Below, piece after piece: positions 37,145 through 46,104 of a DNA stretch of 64,000 nt. This stretch comes from a bacterium (GTDB taxonomy: Bacteria; RBG-13-61-14; DATKZS01). The stretch spans positions 288,001 through 352,000 of the forward strand of contig CAXXFL010000003.1 in NCBI GenBank assembly GCA_963674965.2, written 5' to 3'. The position numbers and the translations under genes are program-made. The stretch's first letter is position 1. Each line of letters opens with the position of its first letter. The notes beneath the pieces were generated by a model. The model ran no database searches. It had not been told where the DNA came from and was given only the letters and a program-made list of their open reading frames with translations.

Positions 37145-40100
37145 TCATGAGTTGCCTTAACCGCCGAAAATATTTTTCGGCCGCGATGGTCTTAGCGGCG
37201 TCCTTTTTCGCCTCGGCCTTATATTGCTCATCCGCGGCGGGATCGGAAAAAAGCCGCGATCCCTACTTCCGGTCGCCGGAGGAAGTCCAGGTACCGGGCG
37301 CGGTAAGGGCGCGGATGGATGGACTCTATTACGAGTTCATGCCCCTCATGGGATCGTCCTGCCTCGCGCCCAGGACGCCGGCCGAGGTCGAGAAGGGACT
37401 TGCCGGCCTCATCGAGGCCTTTCCCGAGGAGACGGACCTGTACCTGGAAAGGGCCGGGGCGAGACGCTCGATGGGCGACGCCGCCGGGGCCCTGGCCGAT
37501 ATCCAGACCGCCGTACAAAAGGCAAAGGACAAGAAGAGGGCCCTTAGGGCCCTGGCCGACTTTTACGGCGACGGGCTGGAGCGAAAAAAAGAAATCGAGG
37601 CCCTGGACTCCCTCCTGGCCGAGCTCGAAAAGGGACCCACCCAAAACAAGGCCGCCATCAAGTCCCTGATCGGCGAGATTATTTCACGCGCCTCGGCCGG
37701 CCTGGTCGCGATCGACGAGAAGGCCTACCGGCGCCGCTTCGTGGACCTGTTTCCCGACGATATCGAAGCGGCCCTGACCTATCTTAAGGAGGTCGCCAAA
37801 AGCTCGGACGAACGTGAGGCCCTGGCCGAGACGGCCAACTTCATGGGCCGCTTCCCGGAAAGGCCCGAGCCTTTCCTCGCCATCATGGCGGATATCCATT
37901 ACGCGGGCGGCCACAAGGACAAGGCCATCGAAGTTTACCTGGACGGGCTCACGCCCGAGTCGAGGCCGTCGGTGTTCTACTCCTTTTTCGAAAGCCTGCA
38001 AAAACGCGACGACCTCGAGGCCTTTGCAAACGAAATCAAGAACCCCGCCGGAAAGCACTCGGAAAAGGACAAGGCCATCGTCTTTCACCTTATGCTCTTC
38101 GACGGAGACTGGGAGGAGGCCTCGAGTTTTCTCGAGCGCTGGCTGAAAGATACTCCCGAGACGAAAAAGGAAAAGCTGAGGACCTTCGCCCGATACTTCA
38201 CCCTCTGTCAGAGACACGAGCGAGCGGCCCAGCTAAGGTACGGGGGACTGGCCGAGGCCGGCCCCAAGGAAAGGGAGGAGTGGATCGGAGAGCTTTATTC
38301 ATCCCTCCTGAGCAGCCGCTCGGGCGCGATGGCGGCCCCCGGCTCCATGGCGGGCCCGTTTTCCATCAGGCTTCTCGACCCGAGCCCCGGAATAACGGGC
38401 GGCCTTCTTTCACTCCTCTTAAACGGACGAGAGATGGGCGAGACCTTCTCCGATATCTCCCGGATGGAGGAAAGGCACGCCAACTTAGCCCTCGCTCTCA
38501 ACCTGCTCGCCAAGTACCGAGAGGATTTCCCCGACGGGCGCCTGGCCCCCGAGATGGAAATGGCCGCCATCGGCCGATACTGGGACCTGGGCTACTGGAA
38601 CGCCGCGGCCGCGGCCGCCGACGCCTTTTTAAGGGACCATCCCGAAAACGAGCTGGCCGCCGCCGTCCTCGAGAAGCGCTGCGCCTCCCTTATAAACCTG
38701 GGCAGGTTCGAGGAGGCGGACGCCGGCTACGGCGAGCTTCTTTCGCGGGTCGGGGGGGACGAGGACAAGTATCTCGCCGTCCTTTCCGAGTACGCCCGGC
38801 GCCTGAGAAGCAAGGAGCGCGTTCCGCAAATGGTCGCCCTGTATTGGAGGGAGGTCGAGGCCCATCCTGAAAATCGGCGGCTCTACGACCAGTTCCTTCA
38901 GGACATATCCTACCTCAGCCTGGATGAGGACAAAGCCAGGCTCTATCGGATGGCCGTGAAAAAAATCCCCGGCCGCGGCTGGTACGACCGGCTTTCCCGC
39001 TATTACCTCCGAAGCTCGATGTTCGCCGAGTATGAGGAAACGCTTGGCTCCGCCGTCGAGTCCCTGCCCGAGGACGAGATCGGTCCTTTCCTCGACGGCG
39101 CCGTGGGAGAGATGAAGAACTCGAAATGGACGGCCGTCAAGGCGGCATTGTTCCTCGAGGCCCATCGCAAGTACCCCCGGAACCCCGAGTACATGAAACG
39201 ATATATTCAACTCGCGCAAAAGATCGAGAAATGGGAGAAGAATTCCAACTCCCTTCCCTCCCCCTCCTCGGTCGAGTTCGCCAGGCAAAACCTGATGGAC
39301 GACCCGCAAACGGACGGCTTTATCGGGCGGTCCCTGCTCGAGGGCATGATGGCCCGGGACGATCTCAGGTCCGAGCTGGCCAGGCTGGAGGACGGATGGA
39401 GCGTCAACCCGGCCGAGACCTACTTTCTCGCCATCGCCCACGATCACTTGGGCCAGTACGAGAAGTCCCTTTCCCACTGGCGGCGGCTGGCCGAAATATA
39501 TCCGGGCACGGCCCAGTTCCAGGAGACCCTTTCCGAGCGTCTTCTCGGATTGTCCCGGTCCCGGCCCAAGGAGTATCCATCCTCCTCGTCCGAGGCGGTC
39601 GAGGTCATGTCCCGAGCCGCTAAAATGTATCCCGCCTCCTCCCGTTTCCCGACCGCGATCGGGGAGGCCCTGGCGGAGCGGGGCAGGTTCGGCGAGGCCC
39701 TCGCCTGGTGGGACAAGCCGATCGAGGCCGAGCCCGGCCGGCCGGGACCTTACCTGCGGGCGGCCGAGATCGCCTGGGACTATTACCAGTACGACGCGGC
39801 CATCGAGAGGCTGCGACTCGCCCGCGAGCGCCTCAAGGACCCCGCCCTGTTTGCCCTCGAGATCGGGGCGGTGCTCGAGGACAAGGGTCAGGCCGATCAG
39901 GCTATCGCCGAGTACGTGAACGCCCTTTGTCAAAAGGATGGAAGGTCCCAATACAAGATTCTTAGCCGCCTGGACGCCCTGGCCGGACGGGAAGGACTGG
40001 AAAGCCTCATCGACTCCCGCTTCCAGGCCGCCATCCTGCATGCCCCCTCCAACCCCGGTCCCGTCTGGTCCTATTACGATTACCTCAACCTCCGGGAAAG

Positions 40101-43100
40101 GAGCGGCGACGGTGGAAAACTCCTGCTTGACGCGGCGGAAAGGATAAGCGACGTCAAGTTCCTTCACGAGGCCCGGATGGCCCTCGAGATAAGCGGGCTA
40201 AAGGAAGCCGAGTTGGCCGTCATTCGCAAACTGGTTCAGGCCAAAGACCCCAGTCCCGATGACGTCATCAGGCTGGTCAGGTACTTCCGCTTGAACGGGG
40301 GCGAGGAAATCGGCGCGGCGGCGGACTCGGCCGCGGCCGTCATAGCCTCCATTCCCGCCGCCAAGGCCAGGCTCCACTATTACCGGGAGCTGGTCGAGGA
40401 ACTGATCCTGGCGGGAAGGCTCGAGAGGGCGGCCGAGGCCCTGCGAAGGGTCCTGCCCGACGCGAGGGGAGACGATAAGAAAAGCGCGGTCCTCGAGTTC
40501 GCCCGGGTGCTGTCCGATCTCGATAATTACGCCGAGGCGGCGAACGCGCTCGATTCCCTTCTCGAGGAGCGAGGATGGGATGAGGACGTCTTTCGGGCGC
40601 TGGTGTCCGTCCACGTCGCCCGCAAGGACCATATTTCCATCATCGAGTTGAACGGGAAACAAAAGAAAGCCATCGCCTCCAAAATCAAGGGAGTCATGGA
40701 AAGAAGGCGGGAGTACGCCTCGCTTCATCTGGTCACCGCCTCGGCCCTGGCCGAGCTGCGTCGGGCGGGCGAGGCCCTGGATTACTACATGGAGTGGCTC
40801 AACCAGGACCCCACCGACCCGGACAAGCTGAGGACCGTTTTTGTTTACGCCAAACAAAGAGGCCTCGAGAAAAAGGTTATCGAGAGATACGAAAAGGAGG
40901 CGAGAACGGCGAACAAGGATTATCGCTGGTCTTTGTCGGCGGGCCGGCTCGAGGCCTGGGACCACGACTTGAAGGAAGCGGCCAAGTCGTATAACCGCGC
41001 CGCGTGGAACGAGCCGGGCAAGGCGGTCCTTTACGAGGAGGCGGCCAAGGTCCGCGTCGCCCTCCATGAATACGAGGAGGCCGCCAAACTGCTCGAGTCG
41101 CTTTACGCCATCGAGAAAGAATCGGACCAGCTTGGAAGGGCCGCCCGCTCCTGGGCCCTGGCCGGACGGGAGGACAAGGCCCTCGAGATAGTCGCCGCGA
41201 GCGTCAAAAGGGGCGGAGGCCGATCGAGATACTTCAAGGCCGCGCTGGCCCTCGAGGCGGCCGGGCTGCCGGAGGAGGGCCTGACTTACCTCGAGACCGG
41301 GCTCGAGGAGGCCCTGCAAAAAATCGAGAGGAACTCCATATCGCGAGGCGAGTTGGACGACCTGGTCCGCATTTACGCCAAGGCCGGCAAGACGGAAGAG
41401 GCCATGGACCTCATCTTCGGGGCCTGGTCGAGGGCCCTCGAGAAAAGCTCGAACCCGTCCAACAAGTACGTCAAGTGGAGGATCGACCAAAACCTCCGCG
41501 CCATCCGGACGGCCGCTCTCGAGACGATTCCTCTCGAGCTGTTGCAAAGAGGGAAAGCCCAAGACCTCGCGTCGGCCGAAAGCCGGATAAACGCCGCCAT
41601 GAAAGGATCGCCCTATCCCGCGGCCGACCTGGACGCCTTTGCTAAAAATTGCGGCTTCACCGACCAGGCCGCCGAATTGGTGGACGAGGAGTCGAAACGC
41701 GATTCCAACCACCTCCTCGTTATGGCCGACTTCTGGGCCGGAAGACTGGCCTGGAAAAAAGTTGTCGCCTTGGACGCTCAGCCCTCCAGGCGGCGCGCCA
41801 ACGCCTTCCTCTGGATGGATCAACCCGACAAGGCTCTGGCCGAGCTGACAAGCTTATACATGGTCCACTCCGGCGGATATGAGCCCCTCCTTTACCTGGC
41901 GGCCGAACGAAACGCGGAGCAAACGCTGAAGCTCTGCCTGGACGACGGGAGCAACGTGGCCGAGGAGGCCGATTACCTTGTCGAGCTGGGCCGTCCGGAC
42001 CTCGCCATCCGTACCATTCGGTCCAGCAAGGACCCGGTATGGAGCGCCTTTAAGGAAATGCTGGTAAAGGACCACTTCTCGGAGAAGGACCCCGAGCTGG
42101 CCGCTCGGGCGGCCGCGGCTCTTCGGAACTGGAGCGTGAGCGCCCGGCTTGACTCTCCCTTCAACGCCGCGCTCGAGGCCAGGGGCCACGAGTACTCGGT
42201 TATGGCCATGGAGTACGCCCGCTATCTGAAGCTTCTCGGCCGGGGTCCCGAGGCGCGGGACTTTTACTACGCGGCCGCGGAGGAAAGCCCGACTTCTTAC
42301 GAGGCTTTCCGGTACCAGGGAATACTGGCGCTGGAGATGGGCGACCTCGACCTGGCGAGGGACGGATTTGCCAAGGCCCTCGAGATCGAGCCGCCCGACC
42401 TTTCCTCCCGAAACGGCCTGGCCCTGGCTATCCTGAAGTCCGGAAACAAAAAGGACGCCCTTAAAAACCTGGAGCTTCTGGCGAAGGACTCCTCCACCTG
42501 GGACCGCGCCGAGTACAAGTACTACGCCATGCTCTCGCGGGGAATGGAAAAAGAGGCGGTGGAATTCATCGTCCGCTGGGCCAAGGCCGCCTACGCCGAT
42601 TATCGGGATTCGGGGATGCTCGGCGTTCGCGAGCTCGCCCTCCTGGCCGAGAAGAAACCCTCCCTTGCCCGGGCCCCGCTGACCGACCTCGTCCAATACC
42701 TCATCGCCTCATATCCGGACGACGTGGAACTGGCCTCATCGGCCGTTTTCGAGGAGCTGCTAAGGGGCAAGGACGCGGACCCGGCTTATGACGCCCTCGT
42801 CCTGGCTTACGGCAAGGACCGAAACGCCGAGGGCGATCTTCATCTCTGGGAGGATAGAAGGATCGACCACTGGCTCGATACCGGCAGGTATGAAGAGGCC
42901 CTGGAGGAGTTGAACCGGCGCGAGATTCCCCTTTCCCCGGGAGAGGTCCCGCCCGAGAACGTGAAGAGACGGGCCAGGGCCCTTATTGGAAAGGGAGAAA
43001 CCGGCGAGGCCCTTGTCTCTCTCGAGTCCTTTCTGAGCCTGGACCCGTATTCCTTGGACGCGCTCAAGCTGGCCCGCGAGGTGGCCCTGGAAGAGGGCCT

Positions 43101-44346
43101 TGCCGAAAAAGCCGACGAATACCAGGATAAACTGTTCAAGCTTCAGCTTGTGGACCCGGACGCGGGCCTTGAAGTCTACGAGGGATACGCCTCGTTCCTG
43201 GTCCGGTCGGGCGAGATGGACGCCGCCGCGGCCGTCGCCGAGCAAGCGGTCTCCGACAAGCCGGGCTCGCTCGCCGCGCTGATAAAGGCCGCCGCCATAT
43301 TCGAGGAGATGAAGGATTATCAAAAAGCCATCGGGCAAAGGCGCCTGGCGGAGGACCTCGAGCCCCAGGACGCGGGCAACCTCGCCGCGTTGGGCGCCGA
43401 CCTCATCCGGATCGGGAAGGAGAACGAAGCGCTTCTCGTTTTCCATGACGCCCTTGTCTCGAGCTCGATTTCCAGGAATCAAAAGATCGAGATGCTCCGC
43501 GTGGCCCGGGACGTCCTGATGGAGGGAAACGAGGAAGCCGCGAAAACGTTTTTCGATCACTTCAGCGAGCGGGCCGGCAAGGGTTCGGACTTCGACGACC
43601 TTATTTGCCTGGCCGCCGCCGTCTCGGCCAGGGCCGGGGGCGACGGGGAGTACGCGGCCCGGACGGCCTCGGCGCTCGTCGGACCCGGCTTTCCATCATC
43701 CTCCTCGTTCCTCGGCCAAACTCTCCTGGAAGCGGGACGCGCCAAGGAGGCGGCCGGGATTTTAACGGCAAGCCTTTACCGTTTCCCCGGCGACGACGAC
43801 GCCCGGGCCCTGCTTGGTCTTTGCCATTTGAGGCAAGGCGAGCCGGCCAAGGCGGTCAGTCTTATTTTCGGCCAAAGCGGTTATTTTTTGCCCGGCGAGT
43901 TCGAGGACGAGTACTGGGCGCGGGACCGGGCGCGCCAAGTCCTGGGCGGCGGGCTCGAGCTCGAGTTCAAGATCGAGCTTGTAAGAGGGCTGGCGGATGG
44001 ACTTCTCAAGCTGGAGTCGCATGACGCGGCGCTCGCGGCGCTTGGGACCCTGCTCGATTATCTATCGGAGGGCGGAGAATACGAAGGTCCATCCCGCGCT
44101 CACGAGGAAACGGTTTCCGCCGGCGCGCTGGACAAGGAGCTTTCCGAGTCCATCGGCAAGCAACTGGCGACGATCGAAAAGGCCCGCCGGGAGAAAGAAA
44201 AAGAGTCCGGGCAAAGGCCCCGCGTACTCGAGCGGCTCGACAACGCCGAGGCCTGGTCCGATTTGCCGCCCGACCTGGAGTTCCCCGGGAAATACTACTG
44301 GTCCATGGCGGATGAAGCCGCCGCCGGGAAGGAGGGACAAAAATGA
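37141..44346 (+). CDS. Giant exported TPR/alpha-solenoid protein (2401 aa)
   Basis: Signal peptide; many TPR-like units (e.g. GEALAERGRFGEALAWW, ARDGFAKALEIEP); ATGA overlaps at both ends. Confidence 0.88.
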   Translation: MIMSCLNRRKYFSAAMVLAASFFASALYCSSAAGSEKSRDPYFRSPEEVQVPGAVRARMDGLYYEFMPLMGSSCLAPRTPAEVEKGLAGLIEAFPEETDLYLERAGARRSMGDAAGALADIQTAVQKAKDKKRALRALADFYGDGLERKKEIEALDSLLAELEKGPTQNKAAIKSLIGEIISRASAGLVAIDEKAYRRRFVDLFPDDIEAALTYLKEVAKSSDEREALAETANFMGRFPERPEPFLAIMADIHYAGGHKDKAIEVYLDGLTPESRPSVFYSFFESLQKRDDLEAFANEIKNPAGKHSEKDKAIVFHLMLFDGDWEEASSFLERWLKDTPETKKEKLRTFARYFTLCQRHERAAQLRYGGLAEAGPKEREEWIGELYSSLLSSRSGAMAAPGSMAGPFSIRLLDPSPGITGGLLSLLLNGREMGETFSDISRMEERHANLALALNLLAKYREDFPDGRLAPEMEMAAIGRYWDLGYWNAAAAAADAFLRDHPENELAAAVLEKRCASLINLGRFEEADAGYGELLSRVGGDEDKYLAVLSEYARRLRSKERVPQMVALYWREVEAHPENRRLYDQFLQDISYLSLDEDKARLYRMAVKKIPGRGWYDRLSRYYLRSSMFAEYEETLGSAVESLPEDEIGPFLDGAVGEMKNSKWTAVKAALFLEAHRKYPRNPEYMKRYIQLAQKIEKWEKNSNSLPSPSSVEFARQNLMDDPQTDGFIGRSLLEGMMARDDLRSELARLEDGWSVNPAETYFLAIAHDHLGQYEKSLSHWRRLAEIYPGTAQFQETLSERLLGLSRSRPKEYPSSSSEAVEVMSRAAKMYPASSRFPTAIGEALAERGRFGEALAWWDKPIEAEPGRPGPYLRAAEIAWDYYQYDAAIERLRLARERLKDPALFALEIGAVLEDKGQADQAIAEYVNALCQKDGRSQYKILSRLDALAGREGLESLIDSRFQAAILHAPSNPGPVWSYYDYLNLRERSGDGGKLLLDAAERISDVKFLHEARMALEISGLKEAELAVIRKLVQAKDPSPDDVIRLVRYFRLNGGEEIGAAADSAAAVIASIPAAKARLHYYRELVEELILAGRLERAAEALRRVLPDARGDDKKSAVLEFARVLSDLDNYAEAANALDSLLEERGWDEDVFRALVSVHVARKDHISIIELNGKQKKAIASKIKGVMERRREYASLHLVTASALAELRRAGEALDYYMEWLNQDPTDPDKLRTVFVYAKQRGLEKKVIERYEKEARTANKDYRWSLSAGRLEAWDHDLKEAAKSYNRAAWNEPGKAVLYEEAAKVRVALHEYEEAAKLLESLYAIEKESDQLGRAARSWALAGREDKALEIVAASVKRGGGRSRYFKAALALEAAGLPEEGLTYLETGLEEALQKIERNSISRGELDDLVRIYAKAGKTEEAMDLIFGAWSRALEKSSNPSNKYVKWRIDQNLRAIRTAALETIPLELLQRGKAQDLASAESRINAAMKGSPYPAADLDAFAKNCGFTDQAAELVDEESKRDSNHLLVMADFWAGRLAWKKVVALDAQPSRRRANAFLWMDQPDKALAELTSLYMVHSGGYEPLLYLAAERNAEQTLKLCLDDGSNVAEEADYLVELGRPDLAIRTIRSSKDPVWSAFKEMLVKDHFSEKDPELAARAAAALRNWSVSARLDSPFNAALEARGHEYSVMAMEYARYLKLLGRGPEARDFYYAAAEESPTSYEAFRYQGILALEMGDLDLARDGFAKALEIEPPDLSSRNGLALAILKSGNKKDALKNLELLAKDSSTWDRAEYKYYAMLSRGMEKEAVEFIVRWAKAAYADYRDSGMLGVRELALLAEKKPSLARAPLTDLVQYLIASYPDDVELASSAVFEELLRGKDADPAYDALVLAYGKDRNAEGDLHLWEDRRIDHWLDTGRYEEALEELNRREIPLSPGEVPPENVKRRARALIGKGETGEALVSLESFLSLDPYSLDALKLAREVALEEGLAEKADEYQDKLFKLQLVDPDAGLEVYEGYASFLVRSGEMDAAAAVAEQAVSDKPGSLAALIKAAAIFEEMKDYQKAIGQRRLAEDLEPQDAGNLAALGADLIRIGKENEALLVFHDALVSSSISRNQKIEMLRVARDVLMEGNEEAAKTFFDHFSERAGKGSDFDDLICLAAAVSARAGGDGEYAARTASALVGPGFPSSSSFLGQTLLEAGRAKEAAGILTASLYRFPGDDDARALLGLCHLRQGEPAKAVSLIFGQSGYFLPGEFEDEYWARDRARQVLGGGLELEFKIELVRGLADGLLKLESHDAALAALGTLLDYLSEGGEYEGPSRAHEETVSAGALDKELSESIGKQLATIEKARREKEKESGQRPRVLERLDNAEAWSDLPPDLEFPGKYYWSMADEAAAGKEGQK

Positions 44347-46091
44347 AGACGCTCAGCTTGTTCAGCCCGGGAGGAAAAGCAAGGCTTCTCGCCCTGGTAG
44401 CGGCGGCCGTCCTTCTCGCCGCGCTCACGGGTTGCCCGGCCAAGGACGGCGGCGAACGGAGAGGCGGTGAAGGCGCCGCTCAAGTCCCCGCGGCCTTTAG
44501 CGGCCATTCTCCCCCCCCGGCCTTGATGGAAGCCGCATCCCCCTTTCCCGCGGGGGCGCTGGTATTCCTTTACTCGCCGGACCTGTCCGATCTGCTCGAA
44601 AAGGTCGAGACTTCCTCCAGCCTCAAGGTCTATCTTGACTCTCAGGGCCACGCGCGCTTCAAGGACTCCCGTCTTTTCCGGAAACTGACCACCCGTTTCG
44701 AGGAACTGGCGGGCCTGGCCTCGGACGAGGCCCGCTTCGGGGACCTGGCCGGCCTGGCGGGAAAGGAAAGCGCCCTGGCCCTCTACGACATAGGGGAGGT
44801 CAAGTTCGTCTACTCGAGCCGGGCGCCGATGGAGAAAATCTCCCGGGCCATGCTCTGGGGCGCTCGGGACAAGGCGGAGGAGATCGGCCTGGAGGGAGAG
44901 ACTTATTACGCCCTGGTTTCATCGGGCGGACCCGGCGCGCTTTACTTCGGCGTACGGGAGGAATCTCTCGTCGTCTCCAATGATGAAGACCTTTTCCAGA
45001 GCGTGTTCTCCGCCCTCGGCGGCGGCGAGGCCCAGACGCCGAAACTGTCGGAATCGGACCCGTTCAAGTCGGCCTTTCCCAAGGACCTCGAGGCCGGCGA
45101 CCTGGTCATGTACCTGGACCAGGAGGCGCTCAACCAGGACTGGTATTTCAAGCATTACTGGATTTATCAAAACCTCGAGGATATCTCCTGGATTAAAAGC
45201 GCGGCCGTGGACCTCGAGATCGGCGACCTCCTTTGGCGGGAGCGAAGGTTCATCGCCGGGGAAGGGCCCCCGGATCGATACGTCAACCGGGACCTGTCCA
45301 TGCGGGACGCCTTGGCGCCGCTGGGAGATGTCCTCGAGTGCGTCGGCTCGCCGGGCGACAATGAAGCGGCCATGCTCGCGCTGGGAAACCTGTTCACCGC
45401 CTCGGAACTCGGCGAGGCCCTGAAAGGCGGCGACGCGGGCGAGGGGAAGGCGCGGACGCTCGCCGAGTGGATCGGCCGGCTTGGGGAAATCCTGCATCCG
45501 GCCGGACCGGTCGCGGCCGGTTCCGTCAGCGGCCTCGAGTGGACGGAAGGCCGCGTATTCTGGCGCCGGCGTGGATCGGTGGTCCTCGAGCTGGCCCATC
45601 CCGGCGAGCTGGACCTTGCCGGACTTCGCCGGGAGTGGGCCGCCAACTGGAGCAAAATCCTTTTCGGCGCCTCCTCCCATCAGCTTGAATGGAAGAAAGG
45701 GCAAGAGGGGACCGCCCTGTCCATGCCTTTCCTGAAGGACATGGAAATTCTGATCGACGCCGACGGGCCTTACCTGATCGTCTCGAACGACGCGAGAATG
45801 CACGTCGAGGTGAAAAAGGCCCTCCTTGCCCCGGCGGGGACCTCCAGGGACCCTTTTAGCGGGGCCTACTATTCCAGATGGGACATGAACGAGGCTGGTC
45901 ATTCGGTTCGCCTCGCCTTCGACGCCCTGGACCGTTATGGGGACTGGCCCAGGATGGAAAGCAAGAACGCCCTTCTCGACCTGCGGTCTCTTCTTGACGC
46001 CATGGGTCCGGGAGTGGCGACCCGCGAGGTCCTGGCCGGCGACGACCTGCTGGAGGAGCGCGTAACCTTCAAGGGAGAAATCCCCGGATGA
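44343..46091 (+). CDS. Lipoprotein of unknown function
   Basis: Lipobox LTGC; SD AAGGAGG; ATGA overlap with the TPR gene. Confidence 0.8.
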   Translation: MKTLSLFSPGGKARLLALVAAAVLLAALTGCPAKDGGERRGGEGAAQVPAAFSGHSPPPALMEAASPFPAGALVFLYSPDLSDLLEKVETSSSLKVYLDSQGHARFKDSRLFRKLTTRFEELAGLASDEARFGDLAGLAGKESALALYDIGEVKFVYSSRAPMEKISRAMLWGARDKAEEIGLEGETYYALVSSGGPGALYFGVREESLVVSNDEDLFQSVFSALGGGEAQTPKLSESDPFKSAFPKDLEAGDLVMYLDQEALNQDWYFKHYWIYQNLEDISWIKSAAVDLEIGDLLWRERRFIAGEGPPDRYVNRDLSMRDALAPLGDVLECVGSPGDNEAAMLALGNLFTASELGEALKGGDAGEGKARTLAEWIGRLGEILHPAGPVAAGSVSGLEWTEGRVFWRRRGSVVLELAHPGELDLAGLRREWAANWSKILFGASSHQLEWKKGQEGTALSMPFLKDMEILIDADGPYLIVSNDARMHVEVKKALLAPAGTSRDPFSGAYYSRWDMNEAGHSVRLAFDALDRYGDWPRMESKNALLDLRSLLDAMGPGVATREVLAGDDLLEERVTFKGEIPG

Positions 46092-46104
46092 CGAAATCGA
46101 TCGA

